DNA of 64,000 nucleotides from Paraspadella gotoi (GCA_051294375.1 CM119269.1:5042686-5106685); one strand, 5' to 3'. Numbered from the stretch's first letter, positions 28,449-43,066 are shown. Made by a program: numbers and translations. Notes: generated from the letters alone by a model not told the origin.

Positions 28449-29449
28449 ATGTTTCCGAAGTGCGCTAACCTTTCCTCTTCTCTTCCTCATGTCGGCAAGT
28501 TGGAGCTACATGTATCTTCTCCTCTCCTCCTGGGTCACCGCTCGATCTGCCACCCATCTTTGGAGCCTAGCAATCTGCAATCTCACTGTCTCCATTCCCT
28601 TCTCGCTTCGGGTACAGGGAGTACGCCTCTTGGCCCCGCCCACTTGCCGGCCAGATGGCGCTTTCAATTGTTGACGTTGGCCGCGACGGAAGTCTGCTTA
28701 AAGGTGAGTCGGAGCATCACATTTTATTTTTATATTTATTTTGAATACCTAATAAATATATTCCCCCAGGTTATGGCGGCCGTGATTTTGATCGGGAGCC
28801 CCCTGGGCGACGCCGTCACACTTTGGAACCTCAGCGTCGTCTGGGCCGTCGTGGTCCAAGCGGCCCTGTTACGAGAGGCGCCGGGCGTCGTCCAAAGTCG
28901 CCGCCGTGTCGTCATTGCCCTCGTCGGCGTAGTCCTCGTCCAAAAACCGAAGCTTCATCTTTCATCGCCTCGACGCCGGACGCCTCGAGAAGGAATTCCC
29001 CCGACCGGAAGTTTCCATCAACTCCTCGCCGTCATCTGTTCCATCCCTTACGCGCTCCTCTTCGTCCTCACCGAACATCTTCAACGCCGCGAAGTTCACT
29101 GGAGCGTCTTTTACCTCAACAACTCGGTCGCCACGCTGGCGGCGTCATCGCGGCGACGCTGGCTGCCCCGGCGCGTCACCTTGCTTTCCTGTCGTCTCTG
29201 ACGCCGCTCGAAGGCGCCGGGTTTTTTCTGCGTCGGCATCTTCGACGTTTTGGCGCGGTCTTTGCCTCATCGGCGCCGTTCAACGAGTCGGCGCTGACGT
29301 GGTCGCCGTCTTCGCGACTCTCGAAATTCCAGTCTCTCTTACTTTCTCGGCCTTTCGCCTCTTGGGTCAGCGACCGGACGGACTCGGCGTGGCGGGGTCG
29401 GCGCTGATTTTTCGCGGCGCTGATGGCGCTGACTGTGAAGGGGCGGTGA
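28449..29449 (+). pseudogene. Frameshifted second copy of the SLC35G-like gene (probably a raw-read artefact rather than a real paralogue)
   Basis: Reverse complement of 22314-23269 plus 24590-24629, with many 1-nt indels. It lies on the right arm of the adapter-centred foldback. Confidence 0.8.
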
Positions 29450-29921
29450 GGAAGAGGGGGAGGAAGAGGGGGCGGTGAGGAAGAGGGGGGAGGAAGAGGA
29501 AGAGACGAGGGGGTTGAGAAGGAGGACGAGGGTTTGATAAAAAGAACTGGATGATGAAAAAAAAGTTTTTAATTTTAAGATATACAATATACAATATACA
29601 TTAAAACAAAATTCTTAATTACCTTTTTGTAACTTGGTATAAATTAATATTTTCGCAATATTTATTTAGCTCCACAAAAGCGGCGTCTAATGTTTTAAAA
29701 ATGATGGCCTTATGTGCAGGAATTAATTTATGTATTGTATAATTGTCTCATGAATATTTTTCACGCTTTTACTTTTCCTACATCGCTTTTTATGTTCGGT
29801 TTTGGCACGTACTCCTTCGCTTTACGCTTACAATTTGGAATGAAATTACCTCAATTTGTGCTCTTTCTCCCTCATCCGGGTTTTTGAGACTTGACCTCCT
29901 CATTAGCGAAGACTCCGTCGG

Positions 29922-29979
<58 letters not shown>

Positions 29980-31189
29980 CTCTTCTCTCTCTCTCTTCTC
30001 TCTCTCTCTCTCTCTCCTCCTTTCGTATTCCAACCCTCATCACTTAAAAAAAAAAATTCCTCTCTTCATTCCACTGGTCTCGCGTCGTCGCGGGAAGATG
30101 CCGGACGACGACGAAACGACGAAGACGACGAACGAAGACGAGCGACGAATAAGAAGATGACGACGACGACGACGAAAGCAACGAGGGAGACGATATATGA
30201 GACGACGATGAAAGAGGACAAAGAAACGACGACAGAGACTGATATCACACGAAAAAGAAATGATGAAAAATGACTACTACAAAAAAAGACATTGAATACG
30301 ACAAAGATGCCTAAACAATGACAATGACGACGGCCGCAATGACAAATGGCAAAGGCAAGAAAAGAAAATAGAACGAAAAATACGTACGACGACGACGACG
30401 CAAAGACAACGACAACAACGACGACGACGACGACGACGCGACGACCTTCGTGAAGCCGCATTCATGTTTTGTCGTCGACTGAAATTCAGAGAGAGAAAGA
30501 AAGAAAGAGAGCGAGAGAGAGAAAGAAAGACAGAGAGCGAGGAGAGTAAAAGAGAGAGAAAAAAGAGAGAGTAAAAGAGAGAGAAAATTGTTTCCTCATT
30601 TAGTCTCGATGCAGGCCTGTCGTCGTCTCGTGTGTCGTCGTTTCTCGTCGTCGTCGTTGTCGTCGTTCGTCGTCGTCCGTCGCTGTCGTCACCTTCCTCT
30701 ACAGCAGTCGTTGACGCAATTGTCATTGTAATTAAAAACCATAAACGTTCATCTGTACATTCTGCAATCTTCCATTGAACCAATTTTAAATTGGATCGTC
30801 GTTTTGGTCGCCGTTGATCTGCTTGCCTTTTTCTTCGTCATCGTCGTCGTCATCGTAACCTGCTCGTCGTCGTCGTCGTCGCTCGGCGGACCCGGATGTC
30901 ACCTTAGAAGCTCGCCGAGTTTTAATTGAAACCTCGTGATTAAAACTGGAGTTTAATCAGAATTAAATGGAATCGAATGACCCACGCGATTTAGAACCGA
31001 AGGAAGGTCGAACTGGGAGAAAAAATGGCGGAGGAGGAGGAGGGGGAAGAAGAGGAAGAGAAGGAGAGGAGGAGGAGGAGTTGCGACAGACGACGACGCG
31101 GCGTCCTCCGCCGACTATGATTACGATTGCAACCGAACCAAGCTGGGATTTAATTGATCCACTTTCACCCAGATGGCGTTGGAAGCTTT

Positions 31190-31255
<66 letters not shown>

Positions 31256-31971
31256 TCTGTAACTTCCTTTTTTTTATCATTTTCTTTTCTCTCTCTCTCC
31301 TCTCTCTCTCTCTCCTCACTCTCTCTCTTCTTCCTCACTTTCGTTTTTTTCATCTTTTCTTTTCTCTCTCTCTCTCTCTCTCTCACTCTCTCTTCTCTCT
31401 CTCTGAGTCTCTCTTTCTCTCTATCCATCCCCCTCTTTAATATATCTCTTCCCGTTACTCTCCTTTTCTGGCCCCGACTTTCATTCTCATCATTTCATTC
31501 ATTCATCGAACCGTTGCGTCATCGGCGACTATGACGGCGAGACTCATGATGATGATGATGATGACGGTGATGATGACGATGATGATATGATGATGAGATG
31601 ATGATGATGATGATGATGAATGATCCCGATGATAATGCTGTTAAACTAGTAATCAAGAATTTAAAAGATAAAAGGAAAAAAATCTTTTTTACAAATTTAG
31701 AAAAAATTGAAGCCCAAATCGATTGGTTTTAACCGACAAAGAATGTCATTTAAAACGGCAATAATATCTGTATTCTGTAATCTTGGTTAACAATTCCCTT
31801 CTGCCTTCAATATCTGCGATCCTATCAGAGAAGTAATTGCGTTCGCTCGGTGGACTGAGATACATGATGAAAGAATATGATCCGACGACGACGACTACGA
31901 CGAAGCTCTATGAAGTAGACGCCGGTTTATTTTAACTAACGCCGCAGAGCGTCGCCGTTCTGACTCTCTCT

Positions 31972-32007
<36 letters not shown>

Positions 32008-32142
32008 TGCCTCTCTCTCTCTCCTTCTCCACGTCTCCTCATTCCACCCCTTTGCCGCGCCTCATTGAGGTTTGCAGACCGACCAATTGTACCGCGGACC
32101 CAGGCAGCGCCCTTTTTGAGGAGTCATGGCCCCCTCCACTCT

Positions 32143-32181
<39 letters not shown>

Positions 32182-33557
32182 TCTCTCTCTCTCTTTCTCT
32201 CTCTCCTCTCCTTTCTCTCCCTCTCTCATCTCCCCTCCTCCCCTCTCTCCTCTCTCTCTCTCGCTTTCTCTCTCTTCTCGGCTTTCTCTCACTCTCTCTC
32301 TTCTCCCTCTCTTCTCTCTCTCTGCTCTCTCTCTGCCTCTCTACGTCTCTCTACTCTCTCTCTCTCTCTTCCACCAGCCTTCTAAGCGTTTAAGTTTCAA
32401 ACTCTCTACAGTCTTACAGCTCTTGCTTCTTTCTTATCTCTCCGGCTTTTTGATTCGTTCCTCACTCTACTCTCATATCCATTTGTGAATCTCTCGCGAC
32501 TTTTACCTTCTCACGCCTTTTATCAAAAGTTTCCGACAAAAAACGATGTCACAATCTCGTGATTTTCCCGCCACCATCTTTGAACTGATTTTTTCAATCT
32601 CTCTCCCTAAAGCATTTCTCATCTCCTCCCTCCTCACCGTATCTCTCACTTCCTCCCACACAATCGCCCACTTTTCCACCAGTGATATTGTGAAGGTGTT
32701 TCTCCTTCACGCCCGCAAGTCGCGCGTTCGAGACGTCGCGCCCGTTCTTCGTAGAGTGAGGAAGGATCTTTTTGCTGAATATTGAGTCGAATTCTGTATG
32801 AATAATAAGACGCGAAAAAGTTTACAATTTTTCAAGTACATAATTTTTTTTATTTCTGAAAGAAAAGTAAGGAGATTATTTTTGTAAATTATCTCAACTT
32901 AGGACATTGTAGGGAAAGAAGGAAAGAAGAAAGAGAAGAAAAAAAGAAAGAAAGAAAGAAAAGAAAGAAAGAAAGAAAGAAAGAGAAAGAAAGAAAGAAA
33001 AGAAAGAAAAGAAAGACAAGACAAGAAAGAAAGAAAGAAAGAAAGACAGGCAGACAAAAAAATTCAAAAGGCTAACGAGTAACGAAAGGAAGGATATGAC
33101 AAAGAATTTTTTTTTTTTTTTTAAAGATTAAACAATTTGAAACAATATGACATTTAAACAATAAATGAGTATTGAGCAAGACTAATTGCAACTAATGGCA
33201 CTAAAAATAAAATTTCAAACAATTAAGGATCATTGCGGACCATTGCAAATTGGAAAAGGTATTAAAGTATACCAATGAAAATCATGAGTAAATATTATCG
33301 TTATGGTTCCTAACTTTAGAGCCATTTGCCATTTGCCAAGTACATAACAAAAGTCAACTGAAACTTTAGATTAGAAATCAGAACGGGGGAAAGTTTTTGT
33401 TTTAGTTTTGTCCAAAGTAGAATAAAAACGTAGTTTCTCTCTCTGTTAGAATTCCGAGGTGACCAAACAAAGATATCAGACCGACTGTATAAAGGACATT
33501 TTCAAAATTCAAATACGACTCAGATAGAACCAAACGTAAACGCGAGAGAGAGAAGAA

Positions 33558-33638
<81 letters not shown>

Positions 33639-36600
33639 AAATGTACGAGGCGAAGCATAATATTTCTCAATATCGTTTACCGGAGAACGAAATTCCAACC
33701 CGAGCCTGCACTTCTATTTTTTTTTTTCAACCATTCCTGGCGATGAAACAACAAATTGGCAGCGTAGTAAAAGTTTAATTGAATTAAAGATTAATTTTAA
33801 TCGAATGTAAACCGTCCTTAAAACCGCTTTGGAAATTATTTATCTCTTCAGATTTTGTATTTTCTCTCTCGCTGTTTATTGTTATTCTCATCTTTCCTTT
33901 CCTTCCTTCTTCTCTCACACGAGACCCTCGCGCCCCCCATAATTCCATCTTAAATCATTGTGTCTCTGGTTCCGAGATATATTTCTCCTCTTTTTTCCTT
34001 TGCGTTTCTCTCTTTTTTTCTTTCCTTTTCTCCTATTTTTCTTCTTTTCTCCTCTTTTTTCTCTTTTTTTCTTCCTTTTCTCCTCCTTTTTCCTTTCCTT
34101 TTTTCTCTTTTTTTCCTTCATTTTTCCTTCTTTTTTCTTTCTTTTCTCCTCTTTTTTCTTTCCTTTTCTCCTCTTTTTTTTTTTGTTTCTTTCCTTTTTT
34201 CCTCCTTTTTCCCTTTCCCTTTTCTCCCCTCTTTTTTCTTTCCTTTTTTCCTCGCTGTTTTCCTCGTCTTTTGTTTCCTGCCGCGATTGAGTCGGCGACT
34301 CCCGTCACTTTTCTTTCCTCCATCTTCAACCCTCCATTTACTATTTGTCTTTTCCTCTTCCAACTCCTTTTTTTTTTTTGAGATCCTAGCTACTTCGTTT
34401 TCTATGTCCTTTCAGTTATATTTATTTATTTATTCCTTTTTGACATCCTTTCCCATCTCAACTCCAGGTTCGTTTTTAATTTTTTTTTAAAAGTTTTTTT
34501 TCTTTTTTCTCATTTCCTCTAGTCTGCTTCCCGCACACTTTTCCTTGCTATCTTCTTTTTTTTCCTTCTTTTAACCGTTCTCAGTACCATCTAACTCCCA
34601 AATCAATCTTTTCTAGATGTCAGTACATTCCTTTCGTTTTGTTCATTCTCTCATTTAAAATCCACTAAATTACAACTCGCTGCCTTTTTTTCGTCTCTTG
34701 GTCTTCTGCCTGGTAGTCGTTCTCTTTTTTTTTTATCCACACTCCATTACTTTTCTAAATTACACTGCTGCCTTATCTTCAATATCTTTTTTTCTCTTCG
34801 GACTGCAAGTTGTTTCGTCCTTTCCATCTCCTCCTCGCTCCTGCCTCCTCTCTTCCAATTCCATTTTTCAAATATCATTTGCTTCCCGGTGCGATTTCCT
34901 TCGCACCTAAATTGTTTTCAAAGAATCCATAAAATATTTGGTGGGGTCAGAAATATAAAATTCGTCAAACTTTGTGAAAATGATTCATTCACCCAATCAT
35001 TGCTTGTGAAGTAATCACAGCTCTCATTTCTCTCACAACAGCGAAATAATATATTCCGGCCTCATCACCTCGATACAATGCCTCGTCAAAGCAAAGTGGC
35101 TATACCACGTAAGCAGGAATGACGCGAATCTCACTCGCGTTGATTGCTTTAAAAATAGTGCCTACTGTGTTTTTTAACTAAAAATTGTTGATAGGCAAGA
35201 AAAAAAATTGGAGAATAAAACTATAAGAAATACAGTAAATAAATTTATAACAGCAAAAATTGACCTAATGTAACGAACAAAGCCAGGTCATAACTATTCA
35301 CTGAATAATTATTACACATCCTATCTCTTTGATACTGATGGTTTGAGAGAGAGAGAGAGAAAAGAAAAAGAGAGGGAGAGAGAGAGAGTGTGTAAGAGAA
35401 AAACTGAATAATGATCACGAGTATTGATTTTGACTTGCAATGGAAGTATATCAGGTTATCAATGACTAAATTTCAGATGGTTTCTATTTTGGACTTATCA
35501 GCAACGTTGAAAATAATAAATTTATGGCATCTTTGGTCGTCACTGCTTTGTCAATATCCGACATCATGAGCGGCGAAACAGTTATCACTATCATCACAAA
35601 GATTATCAGTTCAAGAACGAATTATCATTTTAATAAATCATATCGTTGACGTTTAAAAAAATTAAGTGAAGGCAGGTATTAATGATTACAATTACAATAC
35701 TAGTCAATAGTATATTATCGATGGACAAAGATTAAGGTGATTGTGAAATATCTTTTCTATTTCACGCTCGTAAAGTCTATGGTTCGCGGCTTCGCCCGTC
35801 CGAAGGAATTAACGTGAAGGAAAAACGAGAGATGTTTGAGTTTCAAAGTTTTTATTTATACAACAGTATGAGATAATAATTACCTTCCAAAAAAGCCCGT
35901 AAAAATCTGGTTTCTTCCGGGCAAGCGAGTTTCTACTTTGGTATGAAACGGGACTAATCAGCGGAGGTAAAAATATTGACCACAAAGATATTATCAACCC
36001 AGATACTGACGGACTCGAAACTAGACAACCTTTTTCTCAGTGATGACAATTAATTCAATATTAAAATTATTTGAAGAAGGGTTCTCTCTTTAGATTCGAT
36101 GTTAAGAATGCTGAGATCTCTCGGCAATCACGGTTGTCGACCGCTTAGTATCTTTGTCAGTCATTGTTTGGTCTAAGCTTGAAGTCAGATCTTTTTGATG
36201 TAAACTCTGGCCGTTGTTATGTCCATTCCGTTGTTTAAAATTTAAAAAAAATAATTATTAACCTTTTTTATTTTAACTTATTCGGGATCCCAAAAAACAA
36301 AAATTAAAATTAAACCAAATAGCAATAAAAATTATAACAATATGACATTATTAAATTTATTAGAAGTTACATTAGGAAATGTGCCGAATATGACAAAGAA
36401 TTCTTAAAACATTAGAATTAGGTAAAAAACAGTATAAAAACCGTGTATTGACACTGCCTCACATTTAACTACAATTCGCCTACTTCATTGGTACAGCGTC
36501 CACCCAACCCGCAGGTCAGATGCCCAGATTGCCCAGATTGCCCATCCCCCATTTACTAAGTGAATAATTAAAAATTAAGTCATTGAAGAAAACAAGATAT

Positions 36601-38149
36601 TTTTATTTTGTGTTTATGACATTTAGCAAAATTTAATTGATGAAACACAAAAAGTATCTCTTCTTTATATTGAACAATTGACCATATCTGTAGCTGAGAG
36701 TCTGGACAGAAAGAATGGTTAAAAGATAGAGAATGACTAAAATCTCTGATCAAAACAATAAAACATTTGATCGGCAAAGAGTAGTTTTTACTCATTATTA
36801 AACAAGTTTGAGAAAACAATGTCGGATCTGCCTACGATAAGTGGTAATGTGCTAATCCGATAATAAATCGCGCATATAAAACATGAAAATAAAAACCAAT
36901 AAAAATATTTTGGTAAATTTACTTTTTAATTTTATACATTATTAGGCACCAGTGAGCTATATTTATAAATAGCAATAAGTGTATAATAGCCTAAAATTTC
37001 AAAATGCAAACTTTTAAATTTTAATGCTGAGTTTTCATACAATGGTTAATAGTTATATTTTTATTTTTGCCCAGACTTCTAATTAATTAATTATTTTACT
37101 ACCTCACGTGACCTCGTCATCTGGGTAAATCTCCATCGTCTGGACCTCGGGTCTGCTTAGAGACGTTGCCGTCGTCATTGAGCCTCAGCACCGGCGGCCT
37201 CGTTTCCTCGGCGCTATTTCCACGGAGCCGAGAGTTTTAGTGCCGAGTTTCGCGTGAGAATTAGGCGTCAAGGAAGCATCGCTCTTTTTTATCATTTATC
37301 GAGACGGCCACCCCCGATTTTGGGCGGCATTGCGATACAGTTGGTCAAAAATGTAAAAAACATTTAAGACACCGATTTTAAATTTCCAGTTTAAAAATAT
37401 AGTTCTTTGTAATTTTAACCTACTTAATGACATAATTTTTGAAAAAGGTTTATATTTTCTTTTATCAACTTTTTACGAGGAATCTGAATCTGTTATAATA
37501 ACCATTTTGGAGGTGGACCAATGGACCGACAAAGAGAATTATAGAAAAATTCTAAGTAAATAAATCAATAAATCAATCAACGAGTAAAAAGATTTTTTAA
37601 AAAAGCCAGTTGAAAGTTTATTATAAACAGTTTTAAATATCTTCAATGATAATAGTAGTAGAATTTTGTCAATGTTCAACAACTTTTGACAGATTGGTTG
37701 TCCATTTGGTTTGTTCTGTTGGTTCATAGCAAAGTGGGTAATCTGAGATATAGAAAAATTTTTTATTAAAATTGCATATTTGTATAATCATTTAGTAAAT
37801 TGTTATCACCTAATTCATAACCTATAAAATACTTATTAGACCAAATGTCAAAAGATTTCTTTATTTTACAACTTTACTTAAAATTTAGATAGTACATAAT
37901 TTCAATTTCACTAACCTTTTCCATACATGAATAAAACAATGTGAATTGTCCATTCTCTCAAATCTTCAATGTCTTTTTCAATTTTGAATTTGATGAAAAT
38001 GCTCATATAAAAAAATCTTAAAAGCATAAGGATCGTCACAATCGCATAAGAAAAATCTGGAATGACGACAAATTTTTATACTAAAAAAAAAATCAAATTT
38101 GAGAAAAGAAAATTAATTTATAAACAAAGAAAAAGAAGAAAAGAATAAA

Positions 38150-38400
38150 TATAAAGAAAGAATAGAAAGGAAAGAAAGAAAAGAAAGGAAAGAAAGAAGA
38201 GAAAGAAAAGTAAGAAAGGAAAAAAATAGAAAGGAAAGAAAAAATTAGAAGGAAAGAAAGAATAAAAAGGAGAGAAAGAATAAAAAGGAAAGAAAGAATA
38301 AAAGGAAAGAAAGAATAGAAAGGAAAGAAAGAATAGAAAGGAAAGAAAGAATAGAAAGGAAAAAAGGAATAAAAAGAAAAGAAAGAATAAAAAGGAAAAA
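38150..38400 (+). repeat. 18-bp A/G-rich minisatellite (AAAGAATAGAAAGGAAAG)n
   Basis: The unit is clearly repeated at 38270-38360 and degenerate at the edges. Confidence 0.85.
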
Positions 38401-40030
38401 AATAAAAATAAAAATAAAGTGAGTGACGAGAAGAAAGAACGAAATAAAAACCCGAAGTTGCGATAGCAAAATGATAACATGCACAAATGCAAATATTAAT
38501 TTTACGAGTTCAATCCTCATTCAATTTTTTTTTTAATAAAAACGCAGAAATCAAAAGGCAGCAGCAGAAGCAGCAGGAGAAAAGAGAGAAAAAGAATAAG
38601 CCCCTGCAGAGCCAGCTGCAGACTCGTTTTTTTCCCTATGAATCAGTGACTCGGGAAAAGAGAGAGGGAGAGAGACATGTAATTAAAAGAGAAAAAAGAG
38701 AAAGAAAGAAAGAGAGAAAATTTGTTTGTTTTGATAAAACGTAAACAAAACATATTTAATAACTGTCCAGACTCAATTTTAAGCAGATCGATGATGAGAA
38801 GCTGTATATAAATTTTCAGCTTCATACACCCAAATTTAATCATAAAAAAAGCGATCTATAATTTGGAATGCCGACGACAACAACAACGACGACGACGACG
38901 CCACTTATGGGCAAAAGCGATACAATATCGTCGCAAACACTAAGCGATTTCGACGATAAAAATATTTAAATCAAAATGTTTTTACATTATCAATAATTAA
39001 TAACTAAGTCGTTTCTCAAAATCAATCAATGAACTAACCTTAGCCAAAAAAATATTTTCCAGCATGGTAAAGATACTGTTCTCGGTTCATAGAATCATTA
39101 TCATAGATTAAAAGATACTAATTGCTGTAAAAATTAAATACTTTAGTTCGGACATTATCTTGGCAATACTATTGCCCATCAAAATTCAATTTACCTTACA
39201 ATGCATGTAGTAAAATCTTAGCATTTATCTTGGAAATTCAGGATTCCCGGACAATTCTCCACAAAGAATAATAAGTAGCGTCCGTGGCAGATGGAAATTA
39301 CGAAGTCGTCCCACGGATGAAATCTTTTAGAAACAAACAGAGAGAGAGAAAGAAAGTGAGAGAGAGAGAGAGAAAGAAAGAGATTTACATACTTGCTTAC
39401 TGACTTACTTAAATGCAATTCTTTTTAATAAATTTTATTTTAAACAATAAAAAGGTCATCTTTTAAACCTAGCAAAAAAAGGAATGTAATAATTTCTACT
39501 AAAGAATACTAAAATAAAAATGAATACTTATGGGAAACTCACGGAGGCCGACATAGGCGTGACCATGCAGGAAAAAAATCGACGTCCGCGGATTCACCGC
39601 GGACGATATCGGGGAAGAAGCAAGCTGGGTATTTTGGGAGAGTTTAAAATCTGATTCAGTCACGAATATTATTTTGTGAAAGAATAAACTTACCAACGCG
39701 TTCCAAATTCTGTATCGTCCATCTCGAAACCAAAGTCAGTCAACGAAAATAGAATTAAGATGGCGTATTCCTGCCTGAGTTATTTGTCTGTTTCAAGTAA
39801 AATATATCCTTAAAACAAAAAAAATCTAGGTAAGCAAAAGGAAAAGTTTTTTAGTCATAATTATAATGATCATATTCATTTTACTCACCACCGATGCCAA
39901 ATTTCGGCTTTGTAGTCAGAAGATATTGCAAAAATGTTTAATTCAGTGAAGGAGTAAAAATAAATAAAAAAAGAAAAACTTTGCTTTTCGTTAAAAAATA
40001 AAATAACGGTAAAGACGATTTCTATCACAT

Positions 40031-40650
40031 TTTTTTTTCAAAGAATTCCACTGTTGACTCGCGTATTTCGCGTCATGCATGACGAATTCGTTATGTCTTC
40101 CCGCTACTTGCAGTCGTAGAAAAATTAAAAAATCACAAGGAAATCAGCGGAGAAAAAACTTTCGTAAAAAATGTTATTACTTTTTCTAACATAAAAATCG
40201 ATAACTCAATAACTATTTATTAATAAAATATACTGATTCACTTTTGGCAAAATTTATGCTTTTCTCTACAATCTCATGGATGGATTTTTCAATAAGTTGA
40301 CGACTTATATTTTTATTTGCTTTTCAAAAATAGGACGTCATATTTTGTAACTTTAAAATTATTATTTTTATAGCTAAATGTTGGAATTTTAAAAAATCCA
40401 TCCATGCATTTGTAGATATGGAATATAAGAACCTATGGACCAAGTTTGGAATTTGTCAGGTCAACGCTGTTCACTGTGGAATTTTTTTTGCAAAAAAAAC
40501 CTTTTCGTCAATATCTCAGCCGAATGATATGATAAAAAATATTTGAAAATTGTTCTGGACAGAGTGGATCGAGTATCATATCAACAGATGAAGGAAAAAT
40601 ATGTACCTCTTCTCTATAAAGACCCGAATCTAATGACACAAACCCCTTAA
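40031..40650. mobile_element. Possible foldback or MITE-like non-autonomous DNA element
   Basis: Nested inverted repeats: CATGGATGGATTTTT (40275-40289) with AAAAATCCATCCATG (40392-40406), and imperfect 40031-40051 with 40476-40499. The segment ends near CCCCTTAA. No matching 5' terminus was found. Confidence 0.4.
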
Positions 40651-40933
40651 AGAATTTAAGAATTTAACGAATATAAATATCAAAGAATAATTTTAAATTA
40701 AAAAATAACACTTACTGTAGTGGAAACAGGGAGTTCAATTAGAAAAATAATAAACTCCTCGTGGTTAAGTAATAAAGTTATGACTAGTGACCTGGTTTCC
40801 TGTTTCTAATTAATGTCCTTCGCGATAACGAATTTAGTAAAAGAATTCGAACGGGGAAAATATCATTATCAATAATGAAATAATAACTTTTTTCTTATGA
40901 GTGAAGATAGCCTATGCTGACGTGGTCACTGCT

Positions 40934-40986
<53 letters not shown>

Positions 40987-41644
40987 ACTTTTCGCTCAAT
41001 GGAAAATAAATAAGAAAATTCCCCAAAGTGTAGAAAATGGAGAGGGCAATTTTTTTTCGGGCTGTGACTTTCGGTTCACCCAATCGTGAAATTGTTTGAG
41101 CGAAAGTCTCTGGACTTCATGGATGGGCGTTTCCGCAGAAAGAGTAAAGGGTCACGGGAGAGAGTCGGAACATTTTGAAAATCCTTAGCGAGGGTTTGAA
41201 GAGGTGAGGTAACGAGTAAGGCGTACACCTCTTTACTGCGATGCTAGCCTTACATTTTTATTAAATAAGCTATATTGTGTCCTGACTTTGGACAATAGGT
41301 ACTAGAAAGGCTGAGGTGGTGAGACGCCCTCCGTTCTTCGTACAAGATAATGTTTGTAACAAAATAATTAATAATAAAGATTAGAATTACCTGCGTCCGT
41401 TGTTAAAGGTTTATTTAATGCATAAATAATTCTTCGAGACATTTCGGACCCAAAAAGAAAAAAAACGCTAATTCATTTCAAATTAATTTTAAAGGTAGAA
41501 GATTTTAATACAAAACGTATCGGTTGGAAAACGAATATCTATTTTTCTTTTTTCTGTTTTCACTTATTTCTCTAACCATAAAACTTGATACTTTCCATCA
41601 ACATAAACTCTACTTCCGAGAAAAAAGGAATACTCAAGAAAAAA

Positions 41645-41676
<32 letters not shown>

Positions 41677-41683
41677 GCTCTCG

Positions 41684-41728
<45 letters not shown>

Positions 41729-43066
41729 ATTGCAACGAGAAGAAAATATGTTAGACATGATGTGCAATGATGGATTAAAATTGATGACGGAAACTTTATG
41801 AAAAAATAAGATTGAATTTTTTTTAATTTTAAGATTAGAGTTTTTATCGTTTTTTTCCCCCTTTTCCTTGGCAGTTTCTTCTAAGGCGATAGGCTTCGAT
41901 GATTGGCCGGCGACTGATGGACCTCGACCAATCAGAAAGCTCGATTCCGGTTCATTTCCTCGAAAATCGGAGACGGAATTCCTAAATAAGAAACCCCCCC
42001 CCACAAAAAAAAAACACACAAAAAAACAGATTCCCTCTTTCCCTCTTCGCCAGAACCACCATGGAGCCCACCTAGCCGAGGCTAACTACTCAATAAAAAC
42101 ATTTTATTAGAGAATAATAGAATAATCAGTACAATTCTATTTCGAAATTGTTTTCTTGCAAAAATCATGTGATCTTAGTCGTACTTTTAAGTCATCAAAA
42201 CCACCTCAAACCGGCCTTCACCATTGTTCTTCTAATCTAACCAATCTACCTCATTTAGCCCAAGCCACCAACGGAAAAACCACCAATTAACAACCACCAA
42301 CCCACCTCGCGATTTCTAGGATTTTTTCCCTGGGATTCAATGTTGACTCTGCCTTCCGACGGACGGCGCATTCTTGCATGGACGAGGCTTTGATCTGACG
42401 AGAGAAAAAGAAAAATTCCCACTCTCCTTTTTTTTTTTAATCTCAAGACATCCACAGCACCACCTTCCCCCACCATCGCCATCCCTTTCCACCCCCAACC
42501 CCACCCCAACCCCCCAAACCATTTGCCTCCCTCGAAACGAGTTCGCTGTGACTGCGAACCATAATTTTCTCAAAGGCCTTCGTGTTCGATCTCTCTTCTT
42601 TTATTCTCTATCTTCTTCTTCCTTTTTCTCCCCTTTTCTTTTGTCTTTCTTTATCCTTTTTTCTTTCCTTTTTTTTCCCCCCTCGTGTTTTTCCAATTTT
42701 TCTTCTCTCAACCTTTTTTTTCTTCTACTCTTTTCTTTCTTTTTATTTCATTCATGTTTTTCCCGCGCCCACTCATTTTTCTTTTCTATTTTCCTATTTT
42801 TTTTTCCCTTTCTATTTCTTTTTTAATTATCTTTTCTTCCTTTCATTTCTTCTTCATTCCTTCATTCTTTCCATTGTTCTTTCGTTTTCTCCCATTTTTT
42901 TTTCTCCCCAATATTTTTATTTAATATTTCATTTTTATTCTCCAATTAACTTCATTTCCAGAGAGATGCCCTCTTTTGTCACCCGGTTGTTTATTATCGC
43001 TTTATTACTTTATAATGTCGACGGTTTCACTAAGAAAAAGATGAAAAGCGATTTAATCTTAAATAA

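Noticed and set aside
26278-29449. Tandem family of three SLC35G-like paralogues or pseudogenes
   Set aside because: The extra copies differ mainly by random indels and flank a SMRTbell-like adapter, so they are raw-read passes of one locus.
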